Positions 32,012 to 32,167 of a stretch of 32,167 nt of DNA are shown piece after piece (the first letter of the stretch is position 1; every line of letters starts with the position of its first letter). Source of the DNA: Blastocystis sp. subtype 4 (lineage: Eukaryota); assembly GCF_000743755.1 (NCBI RefSeq), contig NW_014569439.1, positions 1-32,167 of the forward strand, written 5' to 3'. Under the pieces are notes generated by a model that had not been told where the DNA came from, ran no database searches, and saw only the letters and a program-made list of their open reading frames with translations. The translations under genes and the position numbers were made by a program.

Positions 32012-32167
32012 ATGGCCGACGTGAGTGCAATTCGTAACTTGGCAAATGAAGGAATTAATTTGACCAAAGACGTGATGGGAAAGGTGATGCGAAGTGTTCG
32101 AGGCAATGATAAACGATTCTTCAATTCCTCAAAGAAGGGTGAGGTTGGAGAATGGAAGAAACAACTC
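32012..32167 (+). CDS. AP-1/AP-2 complex beta-adaptin, 5' end (partial)
   Basis: MADVSAIRN...NDKRFFNSSKKGEVGEWKKQL resembles the beta-adaptin N-terminus DSKYFxTTKKGEIxELKxEL. Runs off the window end. Confidence 0.65.
   Translation, partial: MADVSAIRNLANEGINLTKDVMGKVMRSVRGNDKRFFNSSKKGEVGEWKKQL

Noticed and set aside
1..32167. Prokaryotic systems (operons, CRISPR, IS elements, defence islands), rRNA or tRNA
   Set aside because: The sequence is intron-rich eukaryotic DNA. No repeat-spacer array, transposase, terminal repeats or structural RNA gene was recognised.

Overview
This is eukaryotic nuclear DNA: AT-rich, extremely gene-dense, with about 24 genes broken by many ~28-36 nt GT-AG introns. 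The ORF track therefore shows only exon fragments and shadow ORFs. Tiny introns, near-zero 3' UTRs and a TGTTTGTT element after almost every gene point strongly to the gut stramenopile Blastocystis (subtype not determinable). Manual splicing gives, in order: WD40 end, SDR, FHA-SMARCAD1-like SNF2, CCDC22, Zn-finger protein, PRMT7, NC2alpha-like histone fold, GT61, class-3 lipase, HVA22/REEP, CWC24, FYVE-TM protein, coiled-coil/LRR protein, ZnF-histone fold, a 51-aa ORF, atypical Hsp70, HECTD1-type beta-sandwich protein, PP2C/PDP, dTMP kinase, a small secreted protein, NTF2, SLC26, a Torsin-like pseudo-ATPase candidate and the start of beta-adaptin. The main signals are in RNA processing: (i) three genes apparently get their UAA stop only by polyadenylation; (ii) two ~40-nt AT-AC minor-spliceosome introns; (iii) a same-strand gene overlap where one gene's poly(A) site coincides with the next gene's 5' splice site; (iv) back-to-back bidirectional poly(A) elements. 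Poly(A)-made stops and short U12 introns are known for the genus, so the individual instances and arrangements are what is new here. All gene models are by eye, without transcript data.
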